From Podospora anserina (Eukaryota): a DNA stretch of 64,000 nucleotides. The number at the start of each line of letters is the position of its first letter. Position 1 is the first letter of the stretch. Shown piece after piece: positions 48,943-59,804 of this stretch. A model generated the notes under the pieces. It was given only the letters and a program-made list of their open reading frames with translations. It ran no database searches and was not told the origin of the DNA. The stretch covers positions 1,302,001-1,366,000 of the forward strand of contig CM030334.1 in NCBI GenBank assembly GCA_017654855.1, given 5' to 3'. The translations under genes were made by a program, and so were the position numbers.

Positions 48943-51450
48943 ATGAGGACAGCATCGGTTTTGGTGGCGGCCTTGGTGGCGGCCTCGTCGGCAGCTGCCG
49001 AAGTCGCGACAAAGCCCAGGATCTACTTCCCACGACACGTGAAGAGGCAGTTTGGGAATTCGACATCATCTAGCACGCTTGACCCCGAGTTGAGCGGGTC
49101 AACCGCTCTGACGGAGAGCGTGAGGACAACGGTTGTGATTACTTCGGTTCCTGTCGCCACTGTCACCATCACACCGACATCGACTTCGACCCCAGATCCC
49201 CTTGATGATGAAGAGGAGGAGGAGGAGGAGGAGCCTATCGTCATTGTGCCCAGTGGTATTGTCACCAGCAGCGCGTCCACCTCTGTTAGCGCGTCAGAGT
49301 CTTTGTCGGAATCTGTGACTGAGTCTGCGACGGATTCGGCCACAGTTGCGTCGTCAACTCCGGTGGATGAGGAGACCACCACCTCTACGCCGACTGAGGA
49401 GGAACCTACAGTGACTCCGACTGCGTCCGCGACAAGCTCGCAGACTGACCCCGAAGAGACGGAGACCGCCAGCGAGGAGCCCGAGGAGACCCCTACGCCT
49501 ACTCCTACTCCCAGCGTCGGGCCGACCGCTCCCTTCAGCAGCAGCAGCAGCAGCGTCGATCCCGAGCCCACCGCGTCGTCTACTGACGAACCGGAGCCTC
49601 CGGTCACAACCAGCTCTGAGCCCGAACGCCCGGTGACAACCAGCAGCACTGAACCCGAGCCTCCAGTCACCACCAGCACTGAACCCGAGCCCCCGGTCAC
49701 CACCAGCACTGAACCTGAGCCCCCGGTCACCACCAGCAACGAGCCTGAGCCTCCAGTGACCACCAGCAGCACCGAACCAGAGCCTCCAATCACTACCACC
49801 GAGCCCGAGCCACCCGTTACTACCAGCACCGACCCCGAGCTTCCAATTATCACCACCAACAGCACCTTGCCGGAGCCACCAATCACGACCAGCACCTTAC
49901 CTGAGCCTCCGATCAGCACCGATGTCGACCTACCGATCATCACTACCAACAGCACTTTGCCGGAACCCCCCACCACGACGACTGGTCTCGATCCCGGCCC
50001 TACCGACCCAGTAACAGATGATCCTACTACTTCCGTCACGGATCCGGTGACGGATGGACCTTCCTCTGTCACCACCACCGATGGTCCAGTTATCACCCCG
50101 GACCCCGTGACAGACAACAGCACGACTACGGAACCGCCCATCACTGATCCACCGCCGTCAGATACCACTACTGCGCCCACGACTATCCCAACTGACGACC
50201 CTGGCTCTATCAGCACCCCGGGATTCGGCAACACCACAAGCTCGATCACGGAGCCAACAGGTGGCTCTTCGGAGCCTGTCACCGAGCCAACAACTGTGAT
50301 TGATACCACCTCTGTGCCAACTGGAATCGTCTCCACCCCGGGCGCCAGCAACATCACCTCGATCCCCATTACCAGCGAGCCTGCTAGCGAACCTGCAACA
50401 CCCGGCCCTACCACGGTTCCGTCGACTAGCGAGCGTGTTACCAGCATTGGCGTCATTGGAAGCACCACCCAGTCGGCACCATGGCTTCCCACTACCATTA
50501 TTGTAGCCCCGACCCCCTCGACGACTGCATCAGGCGCCATTCCCACGACTGCTAGCGGCATCCCCACCACCTTCCCCAAGGCTATTCAGCCCGAAAATGG
50601 GAACGATGTGGTGCCGCAAGACACCGACTTGATCCAGATTGGCTTCCGTGAGGGATACAACTACCCCTTCCTGGTCAGCGAGAACAAGGCTGCGGCGCAG
50701 ATCTTTAAGTATCTCCCCAAAGCGCTGGCCGAGGCTGGACAGTTTGACATGTCAAAGGTCCAGGTTAAGAGACTGGTGCCTTTGGACACCCAGAGCTCGC
50801 TGGGCTACATCACCGCCTGCGCCATTGTCACGTACCCGAGGTCCATGATCGATGCCTTGTCTGCCGACATCAAGTCCCCCAACGCCCCGCTGTACAGAAA
50901 CCCCGACATCCTCGTCTACAACCTCACCATGCAGATCAACCCAGCCATCCCCATCGAGTACGGCTCCGTCTACGAGGGTGAGGGGATCGGTGGAGTCCCC
51001 GGCGGTGGCGTCCCAGGCGGCGGCGGCAGCGGCGGCGACCCCTTCGGCACGGGCGGCGACACCAACAACCCGACGGGATCCCAGCGCGGAACCACCGCCG
51101 CTATTGCCGGCGGTGCCGTCGCTGTGGCGGCCGCGTACGGTGTTGTCATGTTTGTCATTGCCCGTCGGTACAAGCGCAAGAAGCAGCTTCACCGCCGCGC
51201 CAGCTCCATCAGCAACCCATCCGACATGCGGGAGACGCCCCGCGGCGGCAGCCCTGCGCTCATGGGTGGGGCTCTCTTGAGCAGGGACTTTACCGGGTAT
51301 GGTGCTGTGGTTGCGGGAGGCTCGGGGTCCGGGTCGACGGGGCAGCCGGGTGGTCGGGATAGCCACGGTAGCGGGCGGAGCGGCGCGGGCAACTCGGGAC
51401 GTTTCATCTCTGCTCCTGTCGCTGCTGAGAACTCGCTTGGGTGGAACTGA
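48943..51450 (+). CDS. msb2: Signalling mucin Msb2 (835 aa)
   Basis: Signal peptide MRTASVLVAALVAASSAAA, PRIYFPRHVKR, long S/T/P/E mucin region, HMH-like domain (LIQIGFREGYNYPFLV...AAAQIFKYLPKAL), single TM AIAGGAVAVAAAYGVVMFVIA followed by RRYKRKK, and the conserved C-terminus ISAPVAAENSLGWN. Confidence 0.95.
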   Translation: MRTASVLVAALVAASSAAAEVATKPRIYFPRHVKRQFGNSTSSSTLDPELSGSTALTESVRTTVVITSVPVATVTITPTSTSTPDPLDDEEEEEEEEPIVIVPSGIVTSSASTSVSASESLSESVTESATDSATVASSTPVDEETTTSTPTEEEPTVTPTASATSSQTDPEETETASEEPEETPTPTPTPSVGPTAPFSSSSSSVDPEPTASSTDEPEPPVTTSSEPERPVTTSSTEPEPPVTTSTEPEPPVTTSTEPEPPVTTSNEPEPPVTTSSTEPEPPITTTEPEPPVTTSTDPELPIITTNSTLPEPPITTSTLPEPPISTDVDLPIITTNSTLPEPPTTTTGLDPGPTDPVTDDPTTSVTDPVTDGPSSVTTTDGPVITPDPVTDNSTTTEPPITDPPPSDTTTAPTTIPTDDPGSISTPGFGNTTSSITEPTGGSSEPVTEPTTVIDTTSVPTGIVSTPGASNITSIPITSEPASEPATPGPTTVPSTSERVTSIGVIGSTTQSAPWLPTTIIVAPTPSTTASGAIPTTASGIPTTFPKAIQPENGNDVVPQDTDLIQIGFREGYNYPFLVSENKAAAQIFKYLPKALAEAGQFDMSKVQVKRLVPLDTQSSLGYITACAIVTYPRSMIDALSADIKSPNAPLYRNPDILVYNLTMQINPAIPIEYGSVYEGEGIGGVPGGGVPGGGGSGGDPFGTGGDTNNPTGSQRGTTAAIAGGAVAVAAAYGVVMFVIARRYKRKKQLHRRASSISNPSDMRETPRGGSPALMGGALLSRDFTGYGAVVAGGSGSGSTGQPGGRDSHGSGRSGAGNSGRFISAPVAAENSLGWN
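49585..49980 (+). repeat. Coding minisatellite in msb2, unit about 30-33 nt encoding (T)EPEPPVTTS(S)
   Basis: About 8 near-identical EPEPPVTTS units followed by divergent LPIITTNSTLPEPP units. Confidence 0.9.
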
Positions 51451-53238
51451 GAGAGAGAACGAACAACCTTTTTTTTTTTCTCACGACCTGACCTGACCGC
51501 CATGTTAAGAGCCTATCCCCGCACCGCACCGCCACTGGGTGTGTGTGTTGTTGTTGTTGCTTTTCCGATGCCGATACAAATTACTGTTATTATTATTGTT
51601 CCTAAGCAACAGACGAATCCACCCACCTTCCCTCCCTCAAGCGACTACGACGATGACGACGAATCTTATCTTTTGACGTTTGAGTGTTGAGCTGAAGAGC
51701 GAGAATCCCGGATCTTTTTTTTTTTTCTTTCTTTGTCAATTTTTCTATCAGCTTCGATACCCCCCGGGCGGTTTTTAGCGCGTGTTGTTGTTGTTGTTGT
51801 TGTTGTTTAATCGAGTCTTTTTTTGTCTATCAGCATCTTTTATCACGGAAAGGCTTCGAACCGGGATACCAACTCTTATATAGAACAGACGGAACAGATG
51901 GGCATTCCTACCTCACGCGCGAAAAGATTCTCGTCCTTGTTCGTCAACCCCAATCAAACCTCAATCAACAACCGCAACGTTACAAACCAACCAACCAATT
52001 TTTTTTATTAAACCTGTCACAACTTTTTTTGTTATTTACCTTACACAAACTTATTTACTGCCTTCTTGTTTTATACACGCTCTTCTTTTGTGGAGAATAT
52101 GGGACGGAATTTGGCGGGCGAGAAACAAAAATTGGAACCCCCTCGCTATCTATCTTACCGGGGTCGTATTTAACTTTTTTTTTGTTTGTTTGTCTCTTTG
52201 TGTATAAAGACTGGATTTGGGGAAGAGGAGAAGATGGTGTTGGAAGTTTGTGTGATATTTTGAGAACTTTTTTTTCGCCTCGCCACTGTTTTCCTGCAAA
52301 AGTAGGAAAGGGCAGTCTGACCCGCCTTTTGTGGTTGGATCTGTTTGGGTGGGGGGGGGGTTTTGATTAGTATTAATACCTTTTTGATGGGAGGAGACGG
52401 GATGCGGATGGGAGGGGTGAAAAGCGGTGGTGGTGGATTGGGTGACGGGAGGGTTTTGACACGACATTTTTATTCTGCTTGAGTTGAGAGACGAGGATGC
52501 TATCTACAGCCAGTCAAAAGGGGAACGCAGGTTCGCCCGATAGGTTGGTGGAGACGTTGTTGTCTTTTGGAGACTTGAACAACTGAGCTTATGTATATAG
52601 GCAGACAAGGGGGGTGTTGTTGTTAGAAATCTGGATGAGAATTTTGAGGTTGAATAACTGCTGGGCTTGCTTCAATTGACAATGTGACTGTTGACCTGAG
52701 ATGAGATGAGTGGTAAAAGGGAGTGTTCAGATGGAAATGGTGACTGGGCGACGGTTCGTGCTACGGGGAGCTAATGCCTGTTGTCATCTCAACGTTCATG
52801 TTTGAGTCTGGAAGCTGGAGAATTGAGGTGCTACAAGCAGCCAGCTTGAGATGAAACTGAGATGCTGAGGCAGAGAGCAGGCAAGCAGGCTGAAAAGGAG
52901 GAGCAATGATCCAGAACAGTGGTGTGTAAAATGAGGGGTGGATAAGCAGTTTAATTGGCTGGGTTGAGCTGCTGGTCCCGATGCGGACAGGATGCGTGCG
53001 CCGCAGGGACGATCACCTTTTGATCCCATGGGGAAGCCTGAATTACGTCTTGTTACCTCGTTCTCATCGATCAGTTCATCGTCACTCAATCCTCGACCTT
53101 TTGCAAAGAGCTGCTATAGACGTGCTGGTGAGGATTGAGAGAGCGCGACAGCAGACGACCACTTACACCCCCCAGCGAGGCTCCACCGGCGCGATTCCCT
53201 GACAGCTCTCACCATACCTGGGCGGGATAGGTGAATGA

Positions 53239-55127
53239 ATGACCATGTTCAGCAACTACACCTTCGACAGCGGCAACAAAGAACAACCAACCAACAACAA
53301 TGGGGCCATCACCTCTTCCAATTCTTCAACGTCAGCCACAACCGGTGGTGAAAACAAGAGAAAAATGATCATCACACCTCCCAGCACGAGCACCGCCTCT
53401 TGGGAGTCTTCATCATCAGACTCGCTTGAGAAGGGCGGGGGGGAGGAGGAGTATGACGACGATGACCCCTTCGAAAGGGGTAGGGGGAAATACAACCGGA
53501 GTCGAAGACAGGATGTTGACGACGGTGAGGAGCAATCACCCATGACAGTAAAGAGGAAACCCAACCCAAGAAAGGAACTCAGCTTCACTGCCGAGGAGGA
53601 GAGGGCTGTAGTAAGAAAATTTGACAAGAAGGTGGTGGTTCTCATGGCGGTGTTGTACATGCTTGCGTTTCTAGATCGGTCGAGTATGTTTCCCTTTTTT
53701 TTTTTTTTGGTGTCCACAACACAACACACATGATAACTGACAAGAGGTCAGACATCGGCAACGCAAGAATAGCCAACATGGACAGCGACCTCCAGTCTAA
53801 CCCGCCAAACCCGCAGTTTTATTCCCATGCCCTCTCGTCGTTTTATCTGGCGTATCTCCTGTTTGAGTGGATGGCTATTCTTTGGAGACTAATACCGGCG
53901 CATATCTACGTCTCGGTGTTGGTAGCCTCGTGGGGAGTGGTGGCTTGCCTGCAGGGGATAGCGACGAGCTACCCTGTGCTCATCGTCTTGAGGTTCTTGC
54001 TCGGGATCGGGGAGGCGGGCTTCACCGGGGTGCCGTTTTATTTGAGTTTTTTCTTCAAGAGGGAGGAGCTGGCTTTGAGAACGGCAGTTTTCATCTCTGG
54101 TAAGCCACTAAGCCCCCCATCTTCACCCCAAGTTGGTCTGCGACACTAACTCAACCAAGCCGCCCCCCTAGCAACCTCCTTCTCCTCCACCCTCGCCTTC
54201 GCGATCACCTCCCTCTCCTCCCTCATCCCCCTCGCCCCCTGGCGCCTACTCTTCCTCCTCGAAGGCCTCCCCTGCATCCTCATCGCCCCGCTCGCCTACT
54301 CCCTCCTCCCCTCCACCCCCTCCACCGCCCCCTTCCTCACCCCCCGCCAGAAGAAAATCGCCCGTTTCCGCCTCCCTCCCCCATCAACCCCTTCCACCTC
54401 CTCCAGCCTAACCGCCCTGCGCGACCCGATAGCATGGACAACCTCCCTGATAATCCTCCTCACAAACCTAGCCTACTCCTCCCTCCCAGCCTTTTTACCA
54501 ACGATCCTAACCTCAATGGGCCACACCCCCCTCTCCTCCCAAGCCCTCTCCGCACCTCCCTACCTCTTATCATTCCTCGCAGTTCTGATAACAGCATACC
54601 TATCAGACCTCTACCGCACCCGCGGCCCCTTCCTCGTCTTCCACGCTTGTTTCTCCTGTGCCGGGTACCTCCTCCTATCCCTCTCCCAATCCCTCTCCCT
54701 CCCCCCCGGCAGCTGGGTTCGGTACTGTGCAGTCTTCCCAGCAGCAGTGGGCTTCTTCAACGTCGTCGTCCTGACGATAGCATGGAACGTCAACAACCAA
54801 CACGGCGACCCCAAAGCAAAGAGCGTGGGGTTCGCGCTCATGCAAGTAGTTGGACAGCTTGGCCCGTTGGCAGCTACGAGGTTGTATCCCGACCGCGACG
54901 GGCCGTATTACACCTTTGGGATGGGGGTTTGTGCAGCGGCGATGGGGATGGTGGTGGTTTTGGCGGTGGGGTTGAGGGTGTACATGCGGAGGGAGAACCA
55001 AAAGTGGGAGAGGGAGCAGGGGGAGAGGGGGGGGGAGGAGGGGGTTATGTTGATGGATAGGGGGGGAGGAGGTGACCAGGAAAGGGGAGGAGGGGAAGAG
55101 GAGAGGGGGTTTAGGTATATGCTTTGA
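53239..55127 (+). CDS. MFS transporter, anion:cation symporter (Dal5/Tna1-like) family
   Basis: Exons 53239-53683, 53752-54099 and 54160-55127. EERAVVRKFDKK, LAFLDRSNIGNARIA, LRFLLGIGEAGF, YLSFFFKREELALR, PWRLLFLLEGLP, LSAPPYL, YLSDLYRTRG. Confidence 0.9.
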
Positions 55128-55717
55128 TTTTTTGTTGTTTTTTTTGGGAGGGGGAGGGGAGGTTCGTTTGGAAGATTTGGTTGCAAAATTCCATCTTTTT
55201 AATGATGGGTTTCTGGGTATGGCTTGGATGGGAATTGGGTTCGGAAGCATTTTATAGCACAGTTCAAAGGGCATGCACCAAAGGGCAACCATTTGGCAGG
55301 GCGATTTGGATGGTCACTTTCTTCTGTTTGGATGCTCATGGATGGAAAATAGCAAGGGTTGCATAGGATATTATAATCTACCACCTTCATCTTTCTCACA
55401 CATCATCTCAACCACCTTACCAATCCACACCTGTCCCATCTTCACGTAGACACAATCTGAAAACATACAGCACACCAAATCCATTACTATCTCTACCCCT
55501 AAAACTATCAAATCCCCTCCAAATCAACACCCTCGCCCCAATCCATGTACTTCTCCCATGCCACTACCCCCTCCCCAAACGCCTCAAGGCAACGCAATGA
55601 AAATCAGCAACATAAAAGTCATGCATACATATCCCTTCCCCCTGAAAAAAAAGATAAAAGCAAATAAATCCATCGCCATAAGTAACCATTCCATTCTGTT
55701 ATGTCCCATCACTGTCC

Positions 55718-58077
55718 TCACGGCTCCAAATACTCATCATCATCAGGCTCCGGCATCCCGATCTGAAACCTCGCCGCCATCATATCATTGAACCGCCTGT
55801 AATCCGCATTGAGCTCATACCGCGGCAGCTGAGCCATCTCCTGCATATATGCCTCCTCCTCCTCATACGGATCATACCCGTCCTCATAAGGCCATCCCTC
55901 ATCTTCAGATTCGACATTCGACTCGGCATCAGAAGGCGGTTCAATGCCCGCGTGCTCTCTGCCAGCCACATCGCTGTGGCCGTCCCTGTCTCGGTTTTCC
56001 CTATCATCATTCCCCCCATCATTCTCACCACCGCCACCGCGCAACCCCTGCCCCGGAGGTGAACCCGAGCCAGTGGCATTACCCCCACCAAACACCGCCA
56101 TCGCCTCCGTCTCAAGCTCCTCCTCAAGCTCATGGTCCAAATCCTCATCCTCGTCTTCCCCATCCTCCTCCTCCTCCTCATCAACTTCATCCGACTCAGA
56201 CACATGCTCATCGCTATCCTCATTCTCCTCAGCATCCGGATCGTCCGAGTCGTCGTCGTCGTCGTCATTGTCGACTACAACCGTCAGGACAAGAGCAAGC
56301 TCCATGGGAGAGAAGAAAGGCGTACGAAGTGGCAACAGATTGTTCAGCATCTCCCCGGTCTCGTCCGAGTTGGAGTCATACTCGCGGTCAGCCACCTTCC
56401 AGAAAGCCGTCGGACCGCAGGGGCCGTGTTCGCTGTAGTCCCTGTGATCGTCCAAAGTCAACAATGCTGTTTCTCAAAGCACCCAAACCAGAAAAACCTA
56501 CTTATCAAACCAATTCCCAACAACACCCCTGGCAGACCTCCTCCCACCAAGCTGGAACCCCTCGCTCTTCCACCGCTCCTCCCCGTCATAAATTGAATAC
56601 GTCGTCCACCTCACCTCCCCCTCCCTCGTCATCCTCACCGTCCCCCTCAACTCCGAATCCGCATTCCCATCCCAAGACCAGTCCAGCGCCCTAGACTGTC
56701 CCTCAAAATGAACAACCGGCCAGTCCTCATGATCTCCCGCCTCAGGATCCGCAGGCTCAATCTTGGTGGCATGAACCTTCATAAGAATAAGCCTCACCGC
56801 CTCACCAGTATTCAGCGGCTCCCTCGGCGCTTCGGCCGCCTGACCCTCCCCCTCGTGGTTGTGAAAGTTGAAATGGAAAAAATCCGTATAATCGAGGAAG
56901 CAGACAACCCTCAACCAAGTCCCCTTGACCCCATACGGATCCCTCTTTGCAATCTCCTCCAACTCCAACCTCTTCTCCCGCTCCTCCTCCTCCTCCTCCT
57001 CCCCCTCCACCTTCTTATCCTCCAAACTGGCAAGCGCATTCTCCGGCACCCAAGGGATATAACTCCCCTCCCACACACCCCCAAACCTCTTCCCCCAGAC
57101 ATGCTCCACCGCATCAAAAAACGCCAACCCCTTCGCCCGCAAATTCGTCCCCAACACAATCATAATCGCCTCCGCCTTCTCCCAATCAACCCTCAACCCC
57201 TTCCCCTCCTCCCCCTCGGGCGTATAAAACGGTCCCCAACCCGTCTCCTCCCTCTTATACTCCCGAATATCATACACTTTCGCACAAGCAGTCGCATAAG
57301 CCCTCTCAGGCAAACTCCACTTCTTCAGCGAGCTCCCGCTCGTGACATCCCTCAGCAAGTCCTGAATCCCCAACAAACAATGCAAATGCGCACTCATCCG
57401 CCTCCTCTCCCTCTCCTCCTCGTCCACCACCTCCCCCAACGACCTCCTCACCGTCTTCGGGCTGATGACAGGAAAAGGTCGCTGAGGGTGCTTCGGAATC
57501 CTCTTAAAAATCGTCGACTGGTAAAAAAACCCTTGAAGAACCCCATTCCAATTCTCATCAAACGCCGACCTTGGCGCCTCCTCCAGCACCCGGGCCAGAT
57601 ACTCACAAGTCGCCGATCGATGGTACGTCTCCGCATTCACCAACCTCGACGGACCCTCAAGCCCTTGCTCAAGAAGAGGGATATGACTCAGCAGTCTGGT
57701 TATAGTCCGATGAACAAACGGCAGCTCCCGCATAGCCAACTCATTGGTCTTCGTAAAGTCCCCATCATCAGGAATAAGCCACCCCGCAGAAACAACCTGC
57801 TCCAGATGAAGCAGATCCCTCACTTCCTGAACGAAATCAATGCCCGTCGCCGAGGCTGGTTTGTCCTATCCCTCATATCAGCAACCATCCCCCTTTTCCC
57901 CAACACTAATTCACTTACCAAAATCCTGCAATAAACATCCCTACAAAGCGGGCTATTCCCCTCGACAAAATCCCTAAACCCTTTACAAACCCGTGGCAAG
58001 TTCCCCAAGTCCTTCGGGTCAAGAAGGGAGAGTATCCCGTGGAATATCTCGGGCGGGAGGCTCAAAATGCCCACCAT
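55718..58077 (-). CDS. F-box domain protein with acidic C-terminal tail
   Basis: Exons 58077-57919, 57865-56502 and 56441-55718. F-box ILSLPPEIFHGILSLLDPKDLGNLPRVCKGFR; further motifs DPYGVKGTWLRVVCFLDY, GEVRWTTYS...RWKSEGFQLGG, HGPCGPTAFWK. Confidence 0.85.
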
Positions 58078-59804
58078 CTCGTTGTCGGTTGTTGTCGTGC
58101 TAGATGAAGAGTAGGAGGAGGTGGTGGGGCGGCAAGTCGGGAGGTGACTTGCGGTTGAGGATGTTGATGTCATGAACCGACACACACGCACACACACACA
58201 CACACACACACACTCCAACCAAAGTTTGATGATTGGAAAAAAATGGTTGCTTTTGGGGAAAGTTGTTGGGCGATGGATGGGCTGGTGTGTTCAGTGGGTG
58301 GTGACGATTATCCGTTTGCCGCCGCCCCGGAGTGGATGTGGTGTAATGTCGGTGATAAGAGCTCCCTAACCACCGGGACCGAGCGAAGGTTACCTAACCC
58401 ACGGGCATCAGTCAGCAAAGCAAGCGTCTAACGTGATGGAACTCGCTCAACCTGATCAAAACTTACATTTGATGTTGTGTTTTGTACGCAGTTGTCGATT
58501 ATTGGAATCTGTGTCAGATTCTGCTTTGAATTTGATTACTGCACTGCAAAGCTGTCGAGTTGTTGCGACTTGGAATTTGTTCTCTAGGTTTTGCCCCTCA
58601 GATGGTGGTGACTTGGACCCAGCTCCTCAAGCAGGGTACAAAAAAAATGGTTTGTAATCCTCAAGAGCTACGGGCACCTACGCGGGGTTCCTTCTTGCCA
58701 CTTTTTCCCTCTCGTTCCTTCCCAAAACATAAAAGGGCAGGAGCAAGCTGCCTTGTGACCAGTACCTACCAGCTGTTGGGGCAGGAGCCCGGGGAGGAGC
58801 CCCTACCCTGACCTAACTAAAGAAGCAACAGCAACCCCGCACTTTTTTTGGAGGAAGGAGCTTGGGAGCTGCCGTCTGAACTTTGGGGGACATAGGTATG
58901 GCGTCAGTTTCGTCGGGTTGGACCTAGCTTCTATACACACGGTGATGGGATATGCGGTTGACTTTTGCATGACAATCCCCCCAGAATATCATGCAAGTCC
59001 GAGTAGTGTATAACCCCCACTGCCAAGATCCAAGACATGTCGGTGTCTGTCGGTGACTTTGTCGAGTATAGGACGTGGGGGTTGAAGGTGGTGTATGTAG
59101 GTGCTGGTCCTATTTGGATCGGTACCAGGGGTTTTAGCAACGAAGGGACAGCAAGGGAGAGGGAGTGTGCATCTAATACCTTACCTATACCTCCTCATCG
59201 CCCTTGACCACAATAAGAAGCAGCAGCATGGCAAAAATGTATCATCGATTTGTTTTTCTTCTTCTTCCTCTCATGTCCAATGCTATGTGTAATCGCCCAA
59301 TAAAACAGGTCATGAGCAAAAAAGAAAACAAAAAAAACCCAAAAAAAATCAACATAAAAAATAAGGGGTATAGTGTTTTAAAAAAGGAGCTCAACAAGAA
59401 GAAAAAACTCGATGTGCGTGTGAATGTTGTTTGAAGTAGTAATATGCCCCCCCCCTTCCCTCCATGTTCTCGCTTGACCTGACCACCTATGTATATGCTT
59501 TCCTCCCCGTATGCCTCCCTCCTCACCACCCTCATCAAGCCCTTTCCGTTGGGACTTTCCGTTTTAGTATGCCATGCCTCATTTTCATAATAATAGGCCC
59601 CACTCATTCCCTTCCAAGTGTCCCTCCATGTGTTTTCGCAATAACAGTATAAACCCGTCTCAAAGATCATAAACAGCCACCCCACACTCCCTCCGTCTCT
59701 GGCAAACACCTAGCAAGAAAGATGATAGGCCTCTGCGAGAAACCCCTATACAACCCCAACAAAAGCAGTTAACCTTCCCGTATGTGTGTAAATTACCACA
59801 CCAG

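Noticed and set aside
49023-50579. 518-aa minus-strand V/G/S-rich ORF
   Set aside because: Antisense mirror of the Thr/Pro mucin repeats of msb2.
56708-57934. 408-aa + strand ORF (and similar ones at 17228-18253, 35515-36393 and 59784-60755)
   Set aside because: Antisense to real genes; explained by codon bias and C/G skew.
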